Positions 53,651-64,000 of a stretch of DNA of 64,000 nt are shown one piece after another. A program made the translations under genes and the position numbers. The first letter of the stretch is position 1. Each line of letters starts with the position of its first letter. The DNA is from Eledone cirrhosa (lineage: Eukaryota), in contig OZ024742.1 in assembly GCA_964016885.1 (NCBI GenBank), positions 242,606,001 through 242,670,000 of the forward strand, read 5' to 3'. Below the pieces are notes generated by a model, which did not search any database, was not told the DNA's origin, and worked only from the letters and a program-made list of their open reading frames with translations.

Positions 53651-54599
53651 TACATAAATACATAGAAATTGCTTATACACGATAAATTGTCCTATTTGTT
53701 TTTATATTTATTTGTCAATCAACTGTAATCATACTTGCGGACGTTTATACGCATATGAAATATATCCCCTTCACATTAAATGGAGTTTGTCATTACGTTT
53801 CAATCATTTTGTAAAGAATTGTCATTTGGTTCGATAATTTTGATGCAATAATTTAGATTACTCAGAAGAATTTCACATTTTCAAAATATAAATTAGGAAT
53901 TTAGCAGCTTCAATTTATAACTTGAAGATGTTAAATGTTGTTGAATGAATTAATTCCGTTCTTACATCGGTCATTTTAGCTTGTCAAATAATAGTTACTA
54001 GTGCATTGGTTGTTAAAGAAACTATGTTCATCAAAACTTATCGAATTACATTTGCCTTTCCTGTTTGTATTATGAATTACATTTCTTCACACATTTTAGA
54101 ATATTTGATAATCAGCACGTCTCGATGGTTTAAAGTATGTTTTTTTTATATATTTATTTGCTATTAGCTGTAAAATAATTACGAAATTGTTTCATTGGAA
54201 GTGCAAGTCTCTATGTTTATATGATTATGCAGCATTCGGCTAATTCTTTGGAATTCTTTCTTCACAACTATTTCTTCAAATTATAATTTCCTGTATAACT
54301 ATACTACATCATACAGATTCGACAAATTTCTACAAATTGCTGACGTTGACATAAACATGCTCATCAATAGTTACTTTCAACAATAGTCAGATACAGCACA
54401 TTTACATGACCCTATCATATGAAAACTTGTAAGCTGTAAAATAATATAAATTTCAGCTTATTCATAACAACACTTTAGTCAGCAGCGTTAAGTAATTATA
54501 TATCTACATTTTCAGACTGTTTCTATCCTCCAGTCATTAACATATAAACAAAATATACTTCCTGATATAAATCTATAGCATTTTCTTATCCTTTCCGAC

Positions 54600-54755
54600 T
54601 CTCAGTGCGAAGAGTTTCTTCGGAGATTATTAGCTCACAACTAAGTCTTCGGGTTCAGTCAAACTGCGCGGCACTTTGAGAAAGTATCTTCTACCATGCT
54701 CTTGGATTGACTATGGATGAAATTTGGAGATAGGAAACAACAAGGGAGTCCGTCT
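54600..54755 (+). mobile_element. CORE/MIR-like SINE remnant
   Basis: gggttcagtc..actgcgcggcactttg..tcttctac..gaaatttgg..ggaaac. Confidence 0.55.
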
Positions 54756-56440
54756 GAGGAAATGCTCTCTTTCCTGGTTGGTAAATTAAATCCATAACAC
54801 GGTGTAACACAATCAATTTGTGAAGTAAACTATGTTGAATAGATTCGGGTTGGGTCTTCGGTTGGAGAATAACTCCACCATTTTTGCTATTCATGAAAAA
54901 ATGCACAGAACAATGTTCTTCTTTATATAATTATTGTAAAAAAGTATATAATTCAATTAAATACAAGATGTAAGCCCAACATATTTTTCCATCTGAATAA
55001 CAGTAAACTCTAAGAAAGGTAACAATAAATTTCAAACCCTAAACATGGTAAAGAGAAAGATATAAACCAAGTACTCTCACATCACATAATCACATATAAT
55101 CAATCGTTTGGAAAAGACAATACTAAGATCGTTTATTGCCTTGAAAAGAACAAGCTTTTAAATTCAAACTAACGTGGCTTTAGAATGGATACACGTTTTA
55201 ATTAATCCCATTATATGCTTTGGAAAATAGGGCAGAAGACCAAGTACATCATACTCTTCTACTCAGAAACGTTTCGAACGTTGATAGCTATGGAAAAGTA
55301 AGTTGGATAATTACGTTCCGAATAATATATTATAGTATGCGTTACCTAGAAGACTATTGTCAAGTTCTACAAAAGACATGAGTGGTATTCTCCAAAAAAT
55401 AGTAGCTACTCGTAGGTTCTATCTTTATCGTTTATATAAACTGTCTAGGAAATAATTTCCAGCCTATAAAAAGAACCTTTCTTTTGGCAATGCTAAACAG
55501 CACTGAAAGAAATACAAAGTGAAATCAACCAATCTCATCTCCCATTCAAATTTCAATTCTAATAAAAGATTTTATGAGTAGCCAAATATGCCACAAACAT
55601 CAAAAGTATTCAAGTTTAATTAGGAAAATAGGACAAACCGATAGTTTTCTTTCCTCTCCGAAAAATTCCTTAGGGATCAAGATATTATTGTCAATAAAAA
55701 CTATATTTTTAGGCCCACATTAAATATAAAATGGAGGTTACCAAGAAGAGTTACGTCTGAATACTCAGAAAATTCCAGTAAAAGAACTCCAGTAAATGAA
55801 CTTTGCATTCATGCTCTATAGGATTAGAAATAGGATTTTGTTTACTGCTGAATTTAATCTGAACGCGCGTGATGAGAAATTGTTGAGGAGTATCAAAATG
55901 ATATATGCTGTAGAAGCAATAGAGAATTTCTTACACCTTACAATAGTTACGGAAGGAAGAACAAACACCATCGTAATTTGTTTTGTGTGATTATTTATTT
56001 AAAATATAGAGGAGAGATAAAATACAAAGTAAAAAGTGAGAAGAAGGAAGCGAAAAAGTATGAGCGTTGAGTTGGTTGTTCGACATACCAGTATGGATGT
56101 AAAGTATCTTAATGATTCGAAATTAGATAAGATCGTAATTACAGTATAATGTTGAGGAGTTGAAGTGTAATCTAAATACTGAGTGACATTGAAAATACTT
56201 AGTTACTAGTGGAAAGATAATAATGGAGATAAATTATCCACGCCAATATTGAGAAATGAAGATGAAGAATATATTGATGATGAAGATGATGGTGAAGATG
56301 ATGATGATAAAAAGAATAAGGACAATAAGTGTGACACCACAGAATATATAAACACAGATGAAATGTTTAATGCATTAGAAAAGGACGTAGATGTCAGACA
56401 TAAAATTGAATTTTCGATTATCAAGTCTTTTTATAGGTTA

Positions 56441-56581
56441 CTAGCAGAATGGCCCGGCGTTGCTCGGGATTTACTCTAGGGTTCTTATATATTTGATATA
56501 TATTTATCCTTATCGAGCCTCGTGAAATAAATACGTTTGTTTATATTGTTTTTTATTGTGTATGCAAAAATATATGTACAC

Positions 56582-56643
<62 letters not shown>

Positions 56644-57095
56644 CAGATTAAAGTTTAAGCAAATAATCGCGGCTTTCATCCTTAACGGGATCTTCTGAAA
56701 CTAAAAAAATCGATCTGTGAACGCAGAAGTAAATATTTCGAAAAAGGTTACACACTATATATATACAAACTATATATATACACACTATATATATACATAT
56801 ACACACACACACAGCGTCTTAATGTCGTAATGCAGAAAGCCAGACATACAGACAGATATTATAAGGGCGCGACGTCGTAGCTATGTATCTATCTAAAAAG
56901 AAAGAGTAAGAATTATAGAGAGAGATCTCCAAATCGCCTAATGCGGTCCCTAGAGCATTGAAAATTTGAAATTATTTTTTCTCAAAACACTCACAGGACC
57001 ATAAGTATTATATGTGTCAAGTTTGAAAACAATCGGTTGGGTGGTTCTCGAGTTTTAGGGAGTCAGACAGGCATTCTCTGTTTTAGACATATAGA
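56441..57095 (-). mobile_element. Non-autonomous Helitron containing a nested family A fragment (56477-56745)
   Basis: Minus-strand A|TC at 57095; 3' end ccgagcaacgccgggccattctgCTAG|T; body similar to 33380-33930. Confidence 0.82.
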
Positions 57096-57244
57096 TAACG
57101 AAGAAAATGAAGGGAAATAAGTAAACGCAGTATCTAACACAGGGTAAAAATTTGACTCACTAGAAGTTTACATCAATTAGTTTACAGTCCCAGTAGCATA
57201 CATTCTCTTCATCTCCTTTTATAACAACAACAACAACAACAATA

Positions 57245-57294
<50 letters not shown>

Positions 57295-58429
57295 AGTGTT
57301 AATTCTACTGCTATGATTTACTGTTTAACATGTGTGTAGAAAGTGTAATGTATAAAGCTCTCTCTCGATGGTCTTGAAGATATAATTAAACGCGGTGCCA
57401 AAATGGTCAACATTTTCAAATGTATCGATGATACAGTTCTTACTGTTAGTAGTTTAGGTGAATTGAGAATTCCGATGAAAAAATTGAAAGAAAAAATAGA
57501 ACAGTATTGTTAATTCCTTAAATGTGACAATACTGGAACAATGATTATCTCAGGAACATATCTGATAAAGGCTGTCTTTTTGTAATTAATTATAAAACTG
57601 TCATAGTGATGGGTAAGGTTTTCATTAGTGGATTTATTGTCACAGATATAAAGAAGTGACATATATAATTACAATAGCGAAATCTGTTGTTATCTGTTTA
57701 AACCTTATTTGGAAACAACCAGCAATAAGTAAAATTAAAAAGTTGAAATTTCTCCACACCTGTGATATTTCGAAGATCATCGTATGAACTTGAATACTGG
57801 ACTCTTAAATAAAACCAAAAGAAAAAAAAACAGCTTGTAAATTTATAGGTCGGTATTATAGGAGAATGTTCCGAGTTATAGAGACGGTAACAGGGATAAA
57901 CCGGTGTGAGTTGAACCATAGTATTGAAAACATATTTGTAAATGAACTGGACATGAACGAATTTAGGTATTTGGGGCATATTTAGGTATTTTATCTTTGG
58001 TAAAAGGTGAAGAATGAGACTCAGTAAACAAACTAGAAAATAACGGGATTTAAGATACAATTAATGCGTGCAGTAGGAGACAGAGATGATGGGAGAAGAA
58101 TTATCAGACCGGCTAATTATACTCCAAGTATTATCGGTTGCAGATACTTGTATGATTATCAATAAAGTACGATTTAACCCTACTTTCCAATCGTAAGATC
58201 TCATCACTTTCTGGTGAATCCGATTTGAAGTCAGAAAATTGCTCAGTAAAATGCTAGTGGATTGATAAATTATAGTAAATGTAATATTTTAGTGTATTCA
58301 AATCTTTTCTTTAAATGAAACTTTTTTGAAGTTTTCAAGTAATTGGAAAGGAAAATTACTGGTTCATATTGTTTACGGCCAAATGTCGAGTGGAAATAAA
58401 AACATTGACAAACAAATTGCAAGCAAGCT

Positions 58430-58895
58430 GTTAATAATGATTTCTAGTATAGGTACAAGGCCAGCAATTTTGGGGGAGGGGTAAGTCGATTAAATCAACC
58501 CCAGTGCATTGATGGTACTTTATTTTGTCGACCCCGTAAGGATGAAAGGCAAAGCTAACTACAGCGGGATTTGAACTCAGAATATAAAGAGCCATAACTC
58601 TATGCCATGAAGCAGGGTGTCCGACGTCCAACCGACAACTGCCAATTCACCGCTCTAAGGAAGCTGCTAATAATGGGTTTTTTATATAGGCACAAGGCCA
58701 TCAATTTTGGGGCAGGGGAAAGTCGATTGAATCGACCCAGTGCGTGACTGGTACTTTATTTTATCGACCTCGTAAGGATGAAAGTCAAAGCTAACCATAG
58801 CGGGATTTGAACTCAGAATGTAAATGGGCCGTAACTCTATGCTGCAAAGCATGGTGTCCGACTATCTACCGATACTGCCAATCCACCGCCCCAAG
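58430..58895 (-). mobile_element. Two tandem tRNA-derived SINEs
   Basis: Reverse complement of the 25628-type SINE, twice. Confidence 0.87.
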
Positions 58896-61258
58896 GAAGC
58901 TGTTAATGGAAATAAAACTTTTAAACTGAGACAATTATTTATATATACACGTAATTCTAACCAGCGTGCAAATAAATATATAGGTTAATAAAATAATGAT
59001 AATTCTTTATTAAATAATAGAACAACAAAATATTATTAATAATATTCGATACTTGATTTTTGCCATTCATACTTTAACAACATGATTTGCAAAATCGATT
59101 GATTCGTATATTGATTTATTTAGTTTTAGTTTCATTAGTTTATGCCGATCAAACAAAATGAAAATGTCTTTGTCTAAATCGAAAGACGCCACTGGAAGGA
59201 AGAGAAAAGATTTCCGTCTAATTAATACTTCGAATAATTGCTAGTTGATGGCAGCAGGCAAGTAAAAAGTAAGGAAGACAATAAATCTCAGTGAGCACAT
59301 ATTTCTCAGATTATTGATCATGATTAAAATTGGTAAAAGTTCAAAATCTTCAAAAATAACAGTTCAATCTCAGTTCAGAATAAATTTCTCCGAACTTAAA
59401 TTTTACTCCAATTAAAGTTCTAGTGACACAAAAGCTTCAACCCAACTAAAATTCATTCCAATTTATTGCAATCACTCAACTCAATGCTACACAAACTTCG
59501 CTTAATCATAGCATCAGCAGTATTTTGTTTCAAAGAAAAATCTCAGCGAAATTTTATAATTCAAACTTTAATTAATCTGACCGAAAATTGTCTCAGGATT
59601 TTATAACTATTTATAAAATGTATGGAATCCAATGATTTAACGAATTAAAAAAAAAGTAATAAAAGATGGGAATTCTTGTAAGAAATCTAGTAAACACTTA
59701 TTTGATATCAATTACATGAAAATATTTGCTACCGACCGAAACAAAATGTTAAGAGGTATAGTGAAAATCTTGCTGGTCGTTTTTTGCTATTGCTGTTGTC
59801 GTTGTTTAGCTGCAGGTGAGCCAAGATCAAGCTGTTGTTTGATAAAATGTGGTTTAACCATTACCATCCATCGCTTTGAGTGACATTAGGTTGCTATTTC
59901 TAGGAGATTGAGTAACGAACTAGAAGCTCCTTTGTTAGCCTGAAGATGACAGTTGATCAATGATGCGGGGAAACATTTAATGAGAATTATTTTACATTTT
60001 AAATCCAATTTCACCATGATTGATTTAAGCATTTGTCCGTTCAAGTATATAGAAGTTATATTACTAATATGACGTGTAGTAAACAACGTCGAGAAATCAA
60101 TCAATTGTAAAAATAATTCAATAATCTAAATATATATCATGGAATCACGCCAACCAGTACTGAGTTACTGCGTTTAATCAAGGCAAGGTAAGAACATTTA
60201 TGTAGTTACTCGACCTGTCAGAAACAGCAGCCACGTCTCACTCAAAATTACACCCTATCGAGAAAAAAGACAAATAGAATAATGATCTTGGAGGAAATAT
60301 ATCTGAAAATCTGAACGCACACCTAAAACCTGGTCAGAACTGGAACAAACAAGAAGATAAACAAGACTAATTAATTTAAATACAAGATTAATTCACTAGA
60401 AATTTAGACTCGAAGACGCAAAGTAAGAAAATATCTTGGAATTTAACTATACTAAAAATAATTATACTGTACTTAAATTCTAGCCTTAAAACTTCAAACT
60501 TACGATTCAACGATATTGATTCGGTACAATATTCAAATATCTCTAAGAAATATTTGAAAAGTTGTTATTGTTGTTATTTAAACCCACATCAACTATCGTC
60601 GAACGCATCTATGCTCAAAAGAGCCCCAACCCTGGCCTCATGCTGTTTCTTTGTTTATGTGTATTGCGTTCTCCAAATCCCCCCACCCCACCGCAAAAAA
60701 AGAAACAAAATTAACAATTTGGTGTGACTTCAAAGAAGGTTTGGTTGGCTACTATTTCCGACAGCTAGAGCGATCACGTAGAAGTAAAACTACGTTAATT
60801 CGAAAACTATTTGCGAATATAGTAGCAAGATAAGTAGAAACAGCAGAACGACACCGATATTTATAAACAAATCGGTTAGGAATCATGACTGAGCGTAGAA
60901 TTTTATAGGAACTACATTATTTTCAATTGAAAATAAGATTTTATATTAATTGGAAATGAAATTATAAAACTACGGCGTTTATCTGTTAATTTGCATTCTT
61001 TTAAAAACTTAATAGTTTCCATCTGTATACTCGAAAACTATTTGCAATACTTGAACATGCTACTCCTTTGATGAAATAACTCTCACCACAAAAGATAAAT
61101 ATGTATATTATGACAATCGAAATGGGAAGTATTAGTCGAAAACAATACCTTAGAACAAACATTTGTACTAGTTTGCTTTCAATCCTAAGGTTTTGTTTTC
61201 TCTATTTCAATATGTTTGAAAAGTGAATAAAGAGAAACTCACTGATCCGAAAATACGG

Positions 61259-61425
61259 TTAGTAAGAGACGTTGCTTTACCCCGCAACGTTTGTTACCCG
61301 TTTATTCACTATTATATATTATATACGATTTATAGTATCTTTATACGTTTAGAATATTTATTAGATAGACTAATTATAAAGTTTTTTAGTGTCTGGCTTA
61401 AACATAAAACCTTTTAGTGTCTAGA
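61259..61425 (-). mobile_element. Possible mini-Helitron
   Basis: Minus-strand A|TCTAGACACTAAAAGG start; acgttgc..gcaacgt hairpin followed by CTAA. Confidence 0.35.
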
Positions 61426-61610
61426 TGATGTATATAATAGAGGGAATAGAAATTAGAAAAGTATATGATCTTTATGTTAATAAATGAATGGTATTTTTGT
61501 TATAAGAGGTCAACGATCTTGTCAAATTATGTGGGATTACATTAACTCTTTTCTTGCACATGGCCTGTTATCGTTCCCTCTAGACATATCTATCTATCAT
61601 CTACATACAT

Positions 61611-61823
61611 GGTGGCTGCCAACTCGTTTTCGGGTACGGCCACTATTTTATATCCAAGTAGGAGAACCCCTACCGATGCGCTGAACGATTGTGACTTTTT
61701 AGTCCAGCCAGCGACTTGAAAACTCTGGTACAAACACTGCACTTGTGACAATTATTGACACATAGTGCTGGGCCCATGGTACCATGTGACGACAAGTGCA
61801 GAGAGATCTCCAGATATAAAGCA
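61611..61823 (-). mobile_element. RTE-like 3' end
   Basis: Near-identical to 29844-30057; flanked by (ATAC)n. Confidence 0.82.
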
Positions 61824-62316
61824 TACATACATACATACATAATAAAAGATATAAATAGATTGACTTGGTGACCTTGCCACGGACAAACGTCTACATCAAC
61901 AATTATGGGACTGCTGGCTCACCCCTTCCTCACCAACAATATAAAAAGCCCCGGCACCACCACCGACATAGCCAGCAGCAATAACAGCCAACTACAACAA
62001 AAAGTATATTATATTATTGTAATGCACTGGGTGATTGCTGGCCTTGTGCCTGGAGTGGAGACAATTATTAATAATTTCATTCTTAAGCCACGCAATGCTC
62101 ACATTAAGGAACCACTCATGATAATAACAATTTTAAAAAAAACAACAAAAAGAAAACCCCGTGACCAAGAAATACCGGGATGGCGGCCGGCGGGGAATAG
62201 CCATGTCTCTAGGGGAGAACGACCCCTCTAGTCTTGGTTGACACTCGTTCTAGAAGTGGTAACACGAAATGATTACCCCTTGGCGGATAAGGATAAAACG
62301 CGACAAAATAAAGTAG

Positions 62317-63999
62317 ATGTCTAATGATGAAATCTCATACCGGATCGGCCGTCACCCGGGTAAAAAAGGGCCGCGTCCCTCAGAGAGGAACCAGACTGGG
62401 GTCGAAAAATCAGCTAATGGTTCAAACCTTCCCATCACTTCGGAGCTGGAGACCTCCCATAACCGGAATACTCCTACTGTTGGCCCTCCATGCTCACCAC
62501 CAAGAAATCCAAAGAAAAAGAGAGAAAAATGGTCAAGGGAAGATAATAAAGAAGTCCTTGAGGCTTTCTACACTGCCATGTACTACCCATCAAATACATC
62601 GAATACAGAACAAACATATATCAACTGGAAAAAGAAACATCCCGAAAACAGATGCTATATTGACAGTAACAAACTAGCCAATATACGAAGAAATATTGTA
62701 AGAAAAAAGTTACTAACTGATATAGAAATTGATCAGATCAAGCTGGTAGCACAAAGTCAGCGAAGGGAAAATGAAGCATGTGTCAGTGAAAACGAGGTAA
62801 ACTGTAACACTTCGAATCCCAGGGTTGGGGCGGAATCACTGGCAACAGAACAAATTAAAGAAAGGAGCGAAAAAGTGGAGGGAGTGCATGCTCAGGATGA
62901 AACTCCAAATGAAAATAATGAGATCGTAAATGATAAAGAAATGAATGAGAATGAACTTGCCAACTTGAAGGATGAAATTATGATCGAATGGATGAAAATG
63001 AAAGAATCTGACATGGGGGAACGAGACACCCTCCCTAAGATCCAGAACTCCAAACAGAACCAAAAGATAATACACAAGACTAACATAATTCTCAAAAACA
63101 TTATCATCACAAACAAACTAAACATTACTGACTTAAATCATCTCTATTATGCATCGGCTAAAGTCACCACTCACTTATGTGGAGTGAAGATGAAAAAACA
63201 AAGGAATTCCCACAAGAAATCTACTTGGCAAGATAACATCAATCGCCAAATAAACCTTCTCCGATCTGACATAGAAATTTTAACAAACTATAAAGTAGGT
63301 GAACATGTTAAACAAACTAAACTTAGAAAATTGAAAAAAAAGTACAGTATAAGATCAACATGTGACATAGACATGCTGATAGAAACAATCAAGCAAAAAG
63401 TGTCGGCCAAAGCTGCTCGTATAAGGCGCTTTGAAAAACGATCTAGATTCTATAAGGACAATAATATGTTCAAAAACAACCAAAGAAACTTCTACAGAAA
63501 AATTGGTAAGTCAACAGTAACTGCTAAATCAATACCACCCAAGGAGGAAGTGCAAGAATTCTGGGAAAAGATCTGGGCCGAAGAAAAAGTTCATAACATA
63601 CATGCCCCATGGATAGACAGACAAATGAAAGAAACAGCTCACCTTGAAGAACAAACATGGGGAAATATAACAGTTGAACAGCTACGCTTGGCTCTAAGAA
63701 AAACCAGCAAATGGAAATCCCCAGGAAAAGACAAAATACAAAACTTTTGGATAAATGCCTTCACAGAGTCTCATGAGCTGTTAGCCCAACTTTACAATGA
63801 AATAGTTAAGGAGCCAGAAAAGATACCATCATGGCTAGTTAACGGCATTACATTCCTGCTACCGAAGAATGATGAGACAAACAATCCCAAAAATTACAGA
63901 CCGATAACCTGCTTGACCACAATGTATAAAATTTTAACATCAGTCCTAACTGAATACACATATGACCACCTGATAACAAATGATCTATTTCCCATTGAG
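62317..63999 (+). CDS. Dong/R4-clade non-LTR retrotransposon polyprotein (N-terminus and start of RT), open to the window end
   Basis: Hand translation of frame +1 from ATG 62317 gives 561 codons with no stop: REKWSREDNKEV, NKLANIRRNIV, NQRNFYRKI, FWEKIW, KWKSPGKDKIQNFW, TFLLPK, NYRPITCLTTMYKILTS. Confidence 0.92.
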   Translation, partial: MSNDEISYRIGRHPGKKGPRPSERNQTGVEKSANGSNLPITSELETSHNRNTPTVGPPCSPPRNPKKKREKWSREDNKEVLEAFYTAMYYPSNTSNTEQTYINWKKKHPENRCYIDSNKLANIRRNIVRKKLLTDIEIDQIKLVAQSQRRENEACVSENEVNCNTSNPRVGAESLATEQIKERSEKVEGVHAQDETPNENNEIVNDKEMNENELANLKDEIMIEWMKMKESDMGERDTLPKIQNSKQNQKIIHKTNIILKNIIITNKLNITDLNHLYYASAKVTTHLCGVKMKKQRNSHKKSTWQDNINRQINLLRSDIEILTNYKVGEHVKQTKLRKLKKKYSIRSTCDIDMLIETIKQKVSAKAARIRRFEKRSRFYKDNNMFKNNQRNFYRKIGKSTVTAKSIPPKEEVQEFWEKIWAEEKVHNIHAPWIDRQMKETAHLEEQTWGNITVEQLRLALRKTSKWKSPGKDKIQNFWINAFTESHELLAQLYNEIVKEPEKIPSWLVNGITFLLPKNDETNNPKNYRPITCLTTMYKILTSVLTEYTYDHLITNDLFPIE

Positions 64000-64000
64000 C

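Noticed and set aside
56249-56479. Acidic 76-aa ORF
   Set aside because: Derived from (GAT)n low complexity and runs into a Helitron end.
57698-58060. 120-aa minus-strand ORF as a host gene or Helitron remnant
   Set aside because: No convincing motif or splice context.
61611-61710. HDV-like ribozyme at ggtggctgcc..
   Set aside because: There is too little room for P3/L3; it is the antisense of an RTE 3' UTR hairpin.

Overview
AT-rich, microsatellite-dense eukaryotic intergenic or intronic DNA. It is probably from an octopus/cephalopod, an inference from the SINE types and the (TA)n/(CA)n/(GA)n load. I could not support any host protein-coding exon. Recognisable transposons are a decayed Tx1/L1-clade LINE (1-4769), a decayed full-length Helitron (~17821-23747) with non-autonomous relatives, two decayed Dong/R4 LINEs, an uninterrupted Dong/R4 ORF running off the right end (62317-64000), several RTE-like fragments, a mariner fragment and many tRNA-derived SINEs. 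The main finding is about 20 type I hammerhead-ribozyme (HHR) motifs, found by eye, in non-coding Penelope-like modules inserted in (TA)n arrays as hairpins, inverted repeats or direct repeats. These include a 995-bp retrozyme-like unit bounded by two HHRs with a large branched stem II (15011-16371) and recurring non-canonical core features. A bulged hairpin (RCTC...TN-GAGYRC) downstream of the HHR is shared by otherwise unalignable families, and the partner repeat usually ends just upstream of it. All RNA folds were done by hand and none has been tested.
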